The position numbers and the translations under genes are program-made. From positions 7,626,001 through 7,690,000 of the forward strand of contig JAWMAR010000048.1 of NCBI GenBank assembly GCA_036785375.1: DNA of 64,000 nucleotides, given 5' to 3'. Shown in pieces: positions 11,961 to 24,322 of this stretch; positions within the stretch are counted from its first letter, which is position 1; every line of letters begins with the position of its first letter. Under the pieces are notes generated by a model, which ran no database searches, had not been told where the DNA came from, and saw only the letters and a list, made by a program, of their open reading frames with translations. The stretch comes from Leucoraja ocellata. Taxonomy: Eukaryota.

Positions 11961-13256
11961 AACTCCAGAGGTTAGACAGACAGTTCTAGACTAAAATTTG
12001 TACTTATTGTAAATAACGTGAAATTATCCATCAATTATCACAATTCAGTTTTGTTGCATAATTTAAGCTGGGAGTAAAAACAGGAAATGGTGGAAATGCT
12101 TAGTAGATCAGGCAGTATTGATGGAAGCAGAATAAAGACATTGTATAATTTAAAAAAAAGGGAAAATTGAAGGACCTGTTTCCATGCTGAATGACTAACA
12201 TTGGCGAAATGGAGAAAATCAATTACAATTACATATAATCAGGTTCTCCCCTCTTCAGATAATTTCATATTTCCTTTATCTCTCCCATTTATACCTTCCA
12301 CAGGCACATCTTTTGTTATTCAGTCATGTTCACCTTCCGCTCCCAGCCAGCACCACCACCACTTGTATTGCTCAATCACTCCAGATCTCCACCCTATCAC
12401 ATTGCTTCCCATTTGTTGTTTCCACCACTTTGTCTCACCACAGGTGATCCCCAACCTGGATTTTCAGTTTTTATTTCACATTTTCAACATCACCAGTATT
12501 TTGCTTTGGATTATTATTTTATGATATTTTCACCTACGTGGTTTCGTTTTAGCTTCAGAGCTGATTGTAACTTGCAATATTATGAAAACATAACATGTAA
12601 GATTATTGTGACGGTCATCAGAATAATGCAAATTGAATCATTTGTAGATCAATATATTTCAGTCAGGAGAAAATTAGAAACACAAATCAACTTCATCAGG
12701 GCATAAGCTGTGGCATGACAACACAGCACTTTCATTGGATTTGGTCAATGATTTATTGTTATTGAGGCACTGAGCTAGCAAGTTTTGAATGTCTCCATTC
12801 TAAATGCCAGTAAATCCGCTTCCAATTTTTAAATAACTAATGAAAACAATTTAAAGACTGTTGCTGCAAAAGATGTTGGAAATACTTAGCAGGTCTGGCA
12901 ACATCAGTGAAGAGACGGACAGAGGTCAATTAAACCTTTACTCCATCAATCCTGAGGGATTACAGAACAACCTCATCATTGAAATTTGTCTCAGACGTCA
13001 ATTTATCTCCAATCAACACATTATGTACACCTCCTCCATGTGTACTACATTGTAAAAGGTAGGTAGTCATCACCTTCATGGTGGTAACAAGCAGTCAACA
13101 AAATAAATAAATGTTTGCCTCTCAAGAGACATATACAGCCTCAGAATACATATTTACAAGAAAAAATAGTAGTATACCCGTAAAATCTGGTGTATTCCAT
13201 GACAAACCTCCAAAATAAAGCTCCCAAAACCGAGAGATGGAAAGGAAATGTCACAC

Positions 13257-13535
13257 CAGGGCTGCCAACTCTCACGCATTGAGTGTGAGACTCACGCATT
13301 TCGCCAAGTTCTCACACTCTCATGCTGATCACAAATTTCTCACGCTCTGTCGTGAGAAATTCTGTGATCAACGAGAATTTCAAAACTCATATCAACTGCA
13401 CGGGGCCGCTGTTGGAGAGCCGGGGCTGAGGGAGGGATGGAAGCAGAAGCAGCGGCAGGGACAGATGCGGATGGGGAGCCGGGGCTGGCGAGTGTTTGCC
13501 GAGCTGACGAGTCACTCGCTGCAGCTCCGGCCATG
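13257..13535. mobile_element. Left end of a second copy of the CAGGGCTGCCAAC transposon family
   Basis: First ~90 bp align with 1679-1770; no matching right TIR found. Confidence 0.8.
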
Positions 13536-13537
13536 GA

Positions 13538-13700
13538 GTCAAGTCAAGTCAAGTTTATTTGTCACATACACATACGAGATGTGCAGTGAAATGAAAGTGG
13601 CAATGCTCGTGGACTTTTGTGCAAAAAGACAAACAACCAAACAAACTATAAACACAATCATAACACACATATACCTTTACATAATAAATAATGGAAGGAA
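13538..13700 (-). mobile_element. Rex1-type 3' tail (probably non-autonomous)
   Basis: (GTCAA)n tail; near-identical reverse complement of 27309-27388. Confidence 0.7.
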
Positions 13701-13949
13701 AAACTGAGCAGCCTCAGTGCAAGAGTCCCTGGCCATCGGAGGCGTCGGAAGCGTTGCGCCGTTGCCGTGAGAGTCTCTGCCGAATTCGCCCTGGTGACCA
13801 GCATGGATCAGGCTCCGGCTCGGTGCATCCTGGAGGACAACCAGTGGCTGCTGGAAGTAGGTACCAAGCACTAGGTAGAAACGGTGGAAGATAGTGGCGG
13901 TGGTTGGAGAAAGCAACCTGCTTGCCTGCTAGATTTTCACTTACTGTAA

Positions 13950-14345
13950 CTGCAGGAAAAAATGTTCCCGATGTCGGGGGAGTTCAGAACCAGGGGTCAC
14001 AGTTTAAGAATAAAGGGTAGGCCAGTTAGGACTAAGATGAGGACAAACTTTCTTCACCCAGAGAGTTGTGAATCTGTGGAATTCTCTGCCACAGAAGGCA
14101 GTGGAGGTATAATGTAGTCACAGAGTGATACAAAGTGAAAACAGGCCCTTCGGCGCAACTTGCCCACACCCGCCCACATGTCCCAGCTACACTACCCGCT
14201 TTTGGTCTATATCCCTCCAAACCTGTCCTAACCATGTATCAGTCTAACTGTTTCTTAAATGTTGGGAGGCCATGCCTCAACCACCTCCTCTGGCAGCTTG
14301 TTCCATACACCCACCACCCTTTGTGTGGAAAAAGTTACACCTTAA
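13950..14345. mobile_element. Two CR1 3' fragments tail to tail (+ 13950-14108, - 14110-14345)
   Basis: gtgaatctgtggaattctctgccacagaaggc on +; ggcccttcggc..ggcagcttgttccatacacccaccacc on -. Confidence 0.8.
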
Positions 14346-17159
14346 AACGTTACCTCATAAAAATACTTCAAACAAACAACACTGAAATCATACTTCTACA
14401 ATGCACTAAAACATGATTTCAATACATCAAATTTCAAAAAGTCTCTACCGTGGGAGGGGGGACATCCCTCCACTCGGTTGCTCCACTCCCTCGCCGAGTA
14501 GCACCAAGGCCATTGATCAGTGATCGCTCAGCCTCCCCACTTTCAAAAACGCTCTGTGACCCCTGGTTCCGACAGAGAGCACTGCCAGATATGAGTGGGG
14601 AACTGAGGCCAGTTGTCCGTGATGTCTGGATCCAAATGCTCAGCACTTCGTGTTTCGGAGTTGGCTGTTATTGATTTGCAATTAGCCTGATTTGTAATTA
14701 GTTGGCAAAACCTTAATTTATTAATCTGGAATATCCAGGGGCATGGGATAAGTGTAATATTAAAATAACATGCAAGGTGTCAGGCTGTCTGTCACAACAT
14801 ACAGCCCCGATAACCCATTATTTCCTTCAGTTAAATATTGGGAAGATAGCACTATTGTCATTTGCCACTCAACTATTATGTTTGTTTACCTCACAGACTA
14901 TTTCTAACCCCCCTCCCCTCCCCTCCCCTCCCCCACCCCAAATTCCTTGGACAGGTTGAATAGAAATGTCTCCAATCTCGTTGTTTTATTAATTGAACAT
15001 GTAGATGAACGTCCTCAAGGAGTGTAATCAGATGGAAACTGATTCAGGTGCGATGTTTAAGAGCTTGTTCAAAGAAGGGGCATATTTTAAAGGGGTGACA
15101 GAGATACTTGTAGGGGAGTGTGTTAGGAGGTTATTATTTGTCTTTAGTTTTAGCTTGAATCAGGACATCTGAAGATTCAAAGTTTAATATAGTAATTGTG
15201 CTGATACTGACTCCAACCAACCGCATCATCCATTCCGGAGGTTTTATATTTCTAATGCCATTTAAACTTCACTTGGATTTCAATCACTTCAATGTAAAAG
15301 TAATTGGGAATGGGGAGCATTGGAACAAAAAATTGCCCTCGGTACATATTAACTGTAATATAATAAAGTATGCATGTTGGTAGGTGCAATCAAATTAATG
15401 ATCTTTTTATCATTGTTGTTATAAATACCACAGAAAATATTATGTACTCTCAAAATCACAATTAATAGAATAATATTGCTTCAATATATAGTTATTGGAC
15501 TTTGCATTTCTGAAAAGTCCCAGCCGAGAGGAAGACAGCAAAATACTGAAAATATTGGGGGTGAAAATGACTTCAGGACTGTTTGTTAGGAAAATGAAGG
15601 AAATGGTTACAGATTATACAGCTGAGTGAGCATAATTTTATGGATGAGAAATTGAGTTCAACCAATTGGTTACTTCTTTGACAAAGTACCTAACATGTTA
15701 GATAACAAGGAAGCCAATGGATGTAGCAAATTTTGTTACACAAAAATTGGTCTGTGAAGTGCCCCATAAAAGATTACTGTATTAGATAAGCACCTGTGGA
15801 CTTGAACGTCTATGTTTAGTCCAGGGGGTCAGATATTGGGCATTATGTGTGGGCCAGATATATTGTCAGTGCAGAGGGGCTAGTAGCAAGGCCAAGTGTG
15901 TATCCAGAGTCAAGGTCTGGAATAGTACTAGGTGTGCAGACAAAGCTGGAACAATGGGAGTGTTCAACACTGGGAACCTAAGCAGGTAAGCAGCAATGTT
16001 CAGGGTAGAATAAGGGTAATTTTAATGTTGATATTGAGCACGAGATTGAACTACTATAATTAGCAACTTGTCAGATTTTCTTTGCTGTGAAAAGCAGCAA
16101 AACCGTACAAAATTAGAATAATAGCGTGAACAAAATACTATTCGCAAAAGACCGTTAAAATTCAATCTCAAATTGTAATTTAAAGGCTGACAGACAACAC
16201 CAGTATGCAGAAAAAAAATACCACGGGCTACTTTCATTTGGCTGAAAACTAAGAATATTGGCTATTATTTAGACTATAAATCATTACTTAATGTGAAGCT
16301 ATGGCATTTAGATATGCTTGGTATTTTGGAGGGAGGTTAAGAAGGGGGATTTTATGTCCCATATATTCATTTTATTCACATTTATATACAGCACACATTG
16401 CTCACAGCCTTAATTAATTTTTGACTAAAGTCTAATCCTTGCCAAGTCATTAAAATTTGCAATGACAGAGGTAAATGTATGAGGAAAAAAGAGTTCATTT
16501 TTGTGCACCTGTCAATAATCCAAATGAAAATCTCATGTGAAAATGCAGATGCCTTGCGCACAAATATTCTGCAAGGATGCTTTCTCCTTTCCAAAGACTA
16601 CACTATACTATTCTAACTTACTAAAAACACATTAAAATTATTTTATAGAGTTGTTTTATTTCTATAGCTGAAGATGAGATATCCTAATTCTTCAAAACGA
16701 AATATCTTGCATAGTCAAATCAAATCCAGCTTTAGAAAACAAACACCTGCGATTCCACAGAAACATTTCTCCTTTCTCACATTAACCATTATTTGCCGAA
16801 TAGCGTACCTAGGGATGGCTTTGCTTTAAGGAACTGGTTTAAAATCAACTGGTAAGTCAATTAACTTTGGCCTATCGTAATTGAGCACTACAATTTCATT
16901 CCAGCAACCTATTATCATAAAATCTGTGCATCACATCTGATTGTGCATTTAGAAAACAATTTAGCTTTTGATATAAGGGAGGAATACAAAATAAACAGAT
17001 TGGAGAGTTCAGGAATCGCTGTTGGACTGGGAGAGGTTACACATGCAAGGTCAGAAAATAATTTCAACAGACTGAGAAATGGTGCTGTCATTGGACATGT
17101 GATGGATATGTTGGAGCTGATATGTTGTCTGAAATGGACAGCATTATAGACATTGTTGG

Positions 17160-17500
17160 ATGCTAGGGAACAAATTGCAAGGACTCTGGTAAAGATAGTC
17201 TCATCATCTTTAGCCACGTGTGAGGTACAGGATGACTAGAGGGTGGCTAATGTTTTATCTTAATTTAAGAAGGACGGTAAGGGCAAGCCAGATAACTACT
17301 GGCCAGTGAGCCTATCATCAGCAATGGGAAAGATACTGGATGGGGTTTCTGAGGAGCAGGATTTGCCAGCATTTGAAAAGGAAAGGACTGTTTTGGGATT
17401 GTCAGCATGGCTTTGTGCATGGAAAATTCTGTCCCAAGAAGATTGACAAGGGCAGGTTCATTGATGTTGAGTACTTGACAAGGTCCTGCATGGTAGGCTC
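17160..17500 (+). mobile_element. Degenerate CR1 ORF2 (RT N-terminal part)
   Basis: D.RVANV..FKK.G...P.NY.PVSL and QHGFVHGK-like motifs. Confidence 0.7.
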
Positions 17501-17539
17501 TGGAAGATGTGTTTCACAATATCAGATGATGAAGTGAAG

Positions 17540-19465
17540 TTGGTTGTCAAAAATTGCAGCAGGATCTGCAAAGAATGGACCCTTCTGCACCCACTCCTTC
17601 CATTCACCACTTCACACCTATTTAAAGCAAGACTCCAGTGGGAAAGCTGGACCCTTTCCCACCCCAACCAACATCCACTCACAGCCTGACCTCAGACTGC
17701 AAAAACTGGGCCCTTCTACAGCCATTCCTCCCCATTCACCACTTCACACATACTTAAAGCAAGACTCCAGTCTGAAAAGACTGGACCCTTTCCCACCCAC
17801 CTCTCTCCAATCACCACTTCACACCACACCCTTCGTGCTGCATAACAACACTTCTCCATCATCAACAATAGAGGCTTTTCAGAAGACAGAAAAGCCGAAA
17901 ATCTCCAAGACTGGACAATGTTTCCCCCTCTACTCTCAAGCTCTGTGCCAAACAACTGGCACCGGTCTACACAGACATTTATAACCAGTCCCTGCAAACC
18001 TGTACTGTCCCTGCCTGCTTCAAAGTCTCCACTATTGTCCCTGTACCCAAAAAGGCAAGGATTACTGGTCTTAATGACTACAGGCCTGTCGCACTGACCT
18101 CTGTAGTCATGAAGATCCTTGAAAGGCTTGTGCTGGCCAAGTTGAAAATATCACAAACCCCCTGCTGGACTCTCTGCAGTTTGCATATCGGGCCAATATA
18201 TCTGTGGATGACGCAGTCAACCTGGGCCTGCATTTCATCCTCCAGCACCGAGACCGCCAGGGGACCAATGCGAGCATTTTGGTTGTTAATTTTAGCTCTG
18301 CATTCAACACCATTGTGCCAGAGCTACTACACTCCAAACTTTCCGAGTTGACTGTGCCTGAACCCCTCTGTCGATGGATCACCAGCTTCCTGACAGACAG
18401 GAATCAGCATGTGAGGCTGGGAAAGCACATCTCGTACCCGTAAACCCTCAGTATAGGAGCACCGCAAGGCTGCGTACTCTCCCCTCTCCTCTACTCTCTA
18501 TACCAATGACTGCACCTCCACTGACTCCTCTGTCAAGCTTCTCAAGTTTGCGGATGACACAACCCTGATTGGACTGATCCAGGATGGAGAGGAATCTGCC
18601 TACAGACAGGAAGTGTCACAGCTGGCGTCCTGGTGCCATCGCAACAACCTGGAGCTCAATGCTCTTAAGACAGTGGAATTGATTGTAGTCTTTAGGAGAG
18701 CTCCCCTTCCACTCACCCCACTCACCATCAACAACACCACAGTCACATCTGTGGAGACTTTTAAGTTCCTGGGAACCATCATCTCCAAGGACCTTAAGTG
18801 GGGGGCACCATCGACTCCACAGTCAAAAAGACAAAACAGAGGATGTACTTCCTGCGGCAGTTAAGGAAGCACAATCAGCACAGGCAATGATGGACCAATT
18901 CTATATGGCCATCGTAGAGTCTGTCCTCACCTTCTCCATCATGTCTGTTTTGGCTCAGCCACCAAGCACGACACCCAGAGGCTGCAGCGAATCGTCCGAT
19001 CAGCCGAGAAGGTTATTGGCTGCAACCTTCCCTCCATTGACGAACTGCACACTGCAAGGGCCAGCAAGCGAGCGGGTAAGATCATCTCTGACCCCTCTTA
19101 TCCAGGCCACAAACTCTTTGAATCACTTCCCTCTAGAAGGCGACTCCGGACTGTCAAAGCTGCCCCAGCCAGACAGAAAAACAGCTTTTTTCCACGAGTA
19201 GTAGCTCTACTCAATAACCAAAAATCTGTAGCCTCCTTTTGCTCTGGTATTTTATTTAATTCATATGTTTAATCAATAATGTTTTATTATTAATGTTTAA
19301 TGTTTTATGTATCATTCCAAACTGTCACTGTATGTCATGTTGTCACTTGTGGGCGAAACACCAAGGCAAATTCCTGGTATGTGAATACTTGGCCAATAAA
19401 CGTATTCATTCATTCATTCATTCATTCATTCATTCATTCATTCATTCATCATTCATTCATTCATT
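17540..19465 (+). mobile_element. Rex1/Babar LINE, 5'-truncated, fairly young
   Basis: [45 protein letters not shown]; (TTCA)n tail at 19404-19465; internal ~65-bp duplication near 17601 and 17732. Confidence 0.92.
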
Positions 19466-21471
19466 GGTTGGGCAGGAAGGCTGAGGAATGGTTAATGGAG
19501 TTTAATACGGATAAATGTGAGGTGATGCATTTTATGAATTCTAACCAGGGAAGGACTCACACAGTGAATGGCAGGGCTCCAGGAAGTGTTGTGGAGCACA
19601 GAGATCTAGGAGTGCAAGTACATAGTTCCTTGAAAGCCACGTCACGGATAGATAAGGTGGTCAAGTAGGTGTTTGGCACTTTGGCCTTCCTTAGTTAGAG
19701 TATTGAGTATATATGTTGGATGGTTATGTAACAGTTATACACTGCACTCAGCTGGCTCAGTTCCTACCTTTCCAACAGATCCCACTTCATCTCTCTCCAC
19801 AACCACACCTCTGCTGCAGCCACAGTCACTCAAGGCGTTCCCCAAGGCTCCGTACTTGGCCCCCTCCTCTTCATCATCTACATCATCCCCCTTGGTCAGA
19901 TACTCCGCCACTTCAATCTGGACTTCCACTGTTACGCTGATGACACCCAGATCTACCTTGGCACCAAATCCCCCCACAACCCCCCCCCCCCCTCTCCCAT
20001 ATCAACTCCTGTTTGTCAGCTATAAAAACCTGGATGCAACATAATTTCCTCAAACTCAACAGCGATAAGACAGAATTCCTCCTCATAGGCTGCAAAGCCA
20101 CACTCAACAAAATCTATAACCCCACTCTCACCATCAACGGCACCACTGTCTCCCCATCTCCCCAGGCCCGCAACCTTGGCGTGATCTTTGATTCCACCCT
20201 CTCCCTTGAGCCTCACATCTATGTCATTAAAACCTCCTTCTTTCATCTCCGCAACATCGCCAAACTCAGACCCTCTCTCACACCGCCCGCTGCTGAAAGA
20301 CTCATCCATGCCTTCATCTCCTCCCGACTGGACTATTGCAACTCACTTCTCCTTGGCATCAGCTCCACCTACATCAACCGACTCCAACTGGTCCAGAACG
20401 CAGCCGCCCGAGTCATCACCCACACCAAATCCTGGCATCACATCAGTCCTCAAACAACTTCACTGGCTTCCCATCTCCCACCGGATCACCTACAAAATCC
20501 TGATCCTCACCTACAAAGCCCTCCACCATCTGGCCCCCCCATATCTCACTGACCTCCTCTCCCCCTACCAACCCTCACGGTCCCTCAGATCCACATCAGC
20601 CGGTCTCCTCTCCATCCACAAGTCCAACCTCCGCAGTTTTGGGGACAGAGCCTTCTCCAGGGCAGCTCCCAGGCTCTGGAACTCCCTCCCCCAACTGATC
20701 CGCAATTCCGTGTCCCTCACCATCTTCTAGTCCCGCCTCAAGACCCATCTCTTCACCTCTGCCTATCCTTAGCCCCACGTGCCGTCCCTTTTCATCTGTG
20801 CATTAATTGCCTCATACTGTGTTTTGTATTGAATTCTGTATTTACTTTGTGTATTAGTCATGTCTCTACTATTTATTTCATTCCCCTTACATGTTTTTCC
20901 TCTACCTGCTAAATTTTTGTAAGGTGTCCTTGAGACTCTTGAAAGGCGCCCATAAATAAAATGTATTATTATTATTATTATTATTATACAGGACACTGGT
21001 GAGGCTACAATTGAAGTATTGTGTTAAGTTTTGGCCATCCTGTTACAGGAAAGATTTTGTTGAGTTGGAAAGGGTGCAGAGAAGATTTACGAGGATGTTG
21101 CCAGGACTCGAGGGAGAGATTGGGCAGGCTCCGACTTTATTCCTTGGAAAGCAGGAGGATAAGGGTTGATCTTATAGAGGTGCATAAGATCATGGGAAGA
21201 ATAGACAGGGTAAATACACAGACTTTTACCCAGAGTAAGGGAAACAAGAATAAGAGGATATAAGAGGAACCTGAGGGGCAACATTTTTACACAAAGGGTG
21301 GTAGGGATATGGAACGAGCTGCCAGAGGAGGCAGGTACTATCACAACATTTAAAAAACATTTGGACAGATATATGGATAAGACGGGTTTAGAAACATGTG
21401 GCCAAACACATGCAGGTGGAACTAGTGTAGATAGCGCATGTTGGTCAGCATGGGCAAGTCGAGCTGAAGGG
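19466..21471 (+). mobile_element. CR1 ORF2 3' part, interrupted by L2
   Basis: WLMEFNTDKCEVMHF..RDLGVQVHSSLK before the L2; cagttatacaggacactggtgagg is restored on removing the L2; runs into the gap. Confidence 0.85.
19742..20983 (+). mobile_element. L2 LINE 3' part (young)
   Basis: HCYADDTQIY, WMQHNFLKLNSDKTE, ARNLGVIFDS, AFISSRLDYCNSLL, LHWLP; (TTA)n tail; TTATACA duplicated at 19735-19741 and 20984-20990. Confidence 0.95.
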
Positions 21472-21614
21472 NNNNNNNNNNNNNNNNNNNNNNNNNNNNN
21501 NNNNNNNNNNNNNNNNNNNNNNNNNNNNNNNNNNNNNNNNNNNNNNNNNNNNNNNNNNNNNNNNNNNNNNNNNNNNNNNNNNNNNNNNNNNNNNNNNNNN
21601 NNNNNNNNNNNNNN
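21472..21614. other. Assembly gap (143 N)
   Basis: Run of N. Confidence 1.
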
Positions 21615-22939
21615 GTGGAGTAAATGGCAAAGGCTAGAGATGAAAAAGAAACAAAAGGGTGACAAAAGATAAACCTTTGTGTTTAATTCCTAGGATCTGG
21701 TACAAAATGCAAGTGGACTAGCATGAATTTCAATTTAATTACATATTCAAAAGTTACAAATTTTAATATGGATCCAAATTTGACCACTACAAGATTTAAA
21801 CTCTCTAAAAACAAATATCTGAAAAAAATGTCTCAGCAAATTTCTTAAGCTCAAGCACTGAAAGATATTTGCACTGCAGCAAGATTTTGAAACCCATTTC
21901 TCAGCATTCACACGTACAGCATTTAGTTTTGTTCATCACTAAATTATAATTGTGAAGAAGTCACCCTGGCCTAGGGCTGATCTATTACTCTTTTCTTGCC
22001 AAATTCATATTTCTGTTGAGTTTGCAGGAAAGGCACAGAGCAGAAATGCTTCCCCACACTGCCACAACAACTATTACAGGAGATAATCAGAGACTCGCGA
22101 GTACTTGGAAATATACATTTAACAACAAGCAAGGAGAGTTATTTTAAAGTCTCTCCCCAAAATGCTAGTCAAATATACCGTAATTAATTTAGCTTCATTC
22201 TCGGATTCAGTCAGCACTGCAAAGCCTCTCAATGTGCTTTAGAGAGATGTGGGGAAATGCAATGGTGAGCCAAAGGAGGAGGAACTAATAACAGTACACA
22301 TGTTGGTAAAACAAGGCTTTAAAGAGGGTCTTAAAAGGATAAAAGTGATCTGGTGGGATTGCAGAAGCATAATTCAAGCAGTGAAACATGGGCATCACAG
22401 CAGGGTCCACACTGATAGATCCTGATAGAAAAAGATAAATGAAGGTAGGGATCTGGGTGGAGGAGCAACATCAGGTAGAAAATAGAGGAATTGAAATTCT
22501 GAAGGAGGAGGAATGCTTTCAGGCCTTGGAACAACCAGGTGCTGCACCAAAAGCTCACTCTCTCCATAAATCGTTCAAATTTATTATCACATTTGGCCAA
22601 CGGCAGCATTTAAAAATCAAATATTAAAATAGAAGACACTGAAATCTAAAAAAAGTTTGGATTAATAATTTTTCTTTTACGCTTAATTATCCAATCACTG
22701 TAGTCATGTCCATGGTTCAGTAAATTCTTCAAACCAAGCAAAGTTTTATTATCCATTTAACGTATATGTGGGGATTCAATAGAGAGTTTAACAATGACTA
22801 CCCATCAGTGGATGAACTGAAACAAGATCTTCAACCAACTTCATAGCACTGTAGTTCACATTTCACTTTTTTCGATCGAGTGGCTTGTTAAGGCACTTCA
22901 AAGATCAGTGCATAGTTGGCCTGAAAACAGGCAGAGTCC

Positions 22940-23160
22940 AAAATGGGTAGATATTGGAAATTTCCATTCCTTAAGAGCATTGGTGAAACAAATCATTTTG
23001 TATTTCCTGACAGTAAAGTAGTTTCATGGCACACATTAGTGGTTTCCTATTCCAGCTTTATTTATTAACTGAATTTACATTCCTTAGCTGCTATGAAAAT
23101 ATTTGTATAACTCCAGATCATCAATGCAGACCAGTAACATAACAAGGATGCTATCATTTG
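22940..23160 (-). mobile_element. Old tRNA-derived SINE (SacSINE-like)
   Basis: attccagctttatttattaactgaatttacattcc..agctgc..ccagtaacataac resembles the reverse of a shark SINE head, recalled from memory. Confidence 0.5.
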
Positions 23161-23622
23161 AATTGAGACCATTTTGATAAGGAACGCAAATAGTTTTACG
23201 TCAATAATTTATTAGACAAAATAAAGCAGCTCAAATGATAAGGAAAGGGAGTAATACGGACACATCAATTGACAACAAAGCAAACATATAGTCACCAAAA
23301 ACAGCCAAGTCAGCCCTGTTACAACCTGTTAATCTCTTCCATCCATTTCATGGATATCAAGAAAATCAAGGTAGATCAGGACATTGGTGTCAACCAGATC
23401 CATTCCATTGTCCATTTGACCAATGCTTAACACAAACTGAAATATAGGCCACATCTTTGTCATGGCCAAACTCCAGCCACATCGAAAGAGATCGAAGATA
23501 TAGCATCATCAACGATCTTAAACCAACAGGTGTATGTGAAAGGTATCTTTGGAACATTTGTCACTCATGCATCAGGGTCTCAGCCTGTGCCACACCAAGC
23601 ACCACTGACTACCATCTTTCAA

Positions 23623-23841
23623 GATAGACAAAAATGCTGGAGAAACTCAGCGGGTGAGGCAGCATTTATGGAGTGAAGGAATAGGTGACGTTTCGGGTCG
23701 AGACCCTTCTTCGGTCTGAAGAAGGGTCGCGACCCGAAATGTCACCTATTACTTCGCTCCATGGATGCTGCTTCACTCGTTGAGTTTCCCCAGCATTTCT
23801 GTCTACCTTCGATTTTTTCCAGCATCTGCGGTTCTTTCTGA
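23623..23841. mobile_element. Complete fold-back Penelope terminal insertion with two opposed hammerhead cores
   Basis: About 90-bp inverted arms centred near 23713; 12-bp TSD ACCATCTTTCAA at 23611-23622 and 23842-23853. Confidence 0.92.
23713..23746 (+). ncRNA. Minimal type I hammerhead ribozyme motif
   Basis: GGT-CTGAAGA-A-GGGTC(GC)GACCC-GAAA-TGTC-ACC: CUGANGA and GAAA core, stem II, GUC cleavage triplet, 3-bp stem I. Confidence 0.7.
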
Positions 23842-24139
23842 ACCATCTTTCAAAATGTCAAATGGCATTTGTGTTTGTGTCTAGCCTCTACATTTCACAC
23901 TATGATTAATTACCTGGCTATGTTGTTATACTTTATTTTAGATAACCATCAAGCAAGGAGAACAAACCTTTCATTTCAAACCAGTGACTGTATAGCCTTT
24001 CAGGATGTGTAATCTAATCCATTTAGCAAAATGTCTTTTCCCTATTGGATTTTACAGGTTACACACAACTTCATGCAATCTGACATTCAATTTGGCTTTA
24101 TTTGTTAATTCAATTGAAGCTTACTGAGGAAGATAGTTA

Positions 24140-24322
24140 CTGATGAGGTAGGTTATTATCACAACGTTTATAAAACATTTGGACTGGTACATGGATAGGA
24201 TAGGTTTAGAAGGGTTTGGGCCAAAGGCAGGTAGGTGAGCCAAGTGTAGATGGGGCATGTTGGTCAGCGTGGGTGGCCAAATTGAGCCAAAGGGCCTGCA
24301 TTCATGTTGTATGACTCTATGA
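24140..24322 (+). mobile_element. CR1 3' end
   Basis: aaacatttggactggtacatggatagg...gtatgactctatgac tail. Confidence 0.8.

Noticed and set aside
14400-14565. Possible right end of the 13257 transposon copy
   Set aside because: Ends GTGACCCCTG rather than GTTGGCAGCCCTG, and the flanks do not form a TSD
16668-16851. Possible plus-strand exon (tttctatag ... ctg|gtaagt)
   Set aside because: The longest frame stops before the donor; cannot be supported without RNA data
21087-21672. ORFs crossing the N run
   Set aside because: Artefacts of the assembly gap plus CR1 sequence
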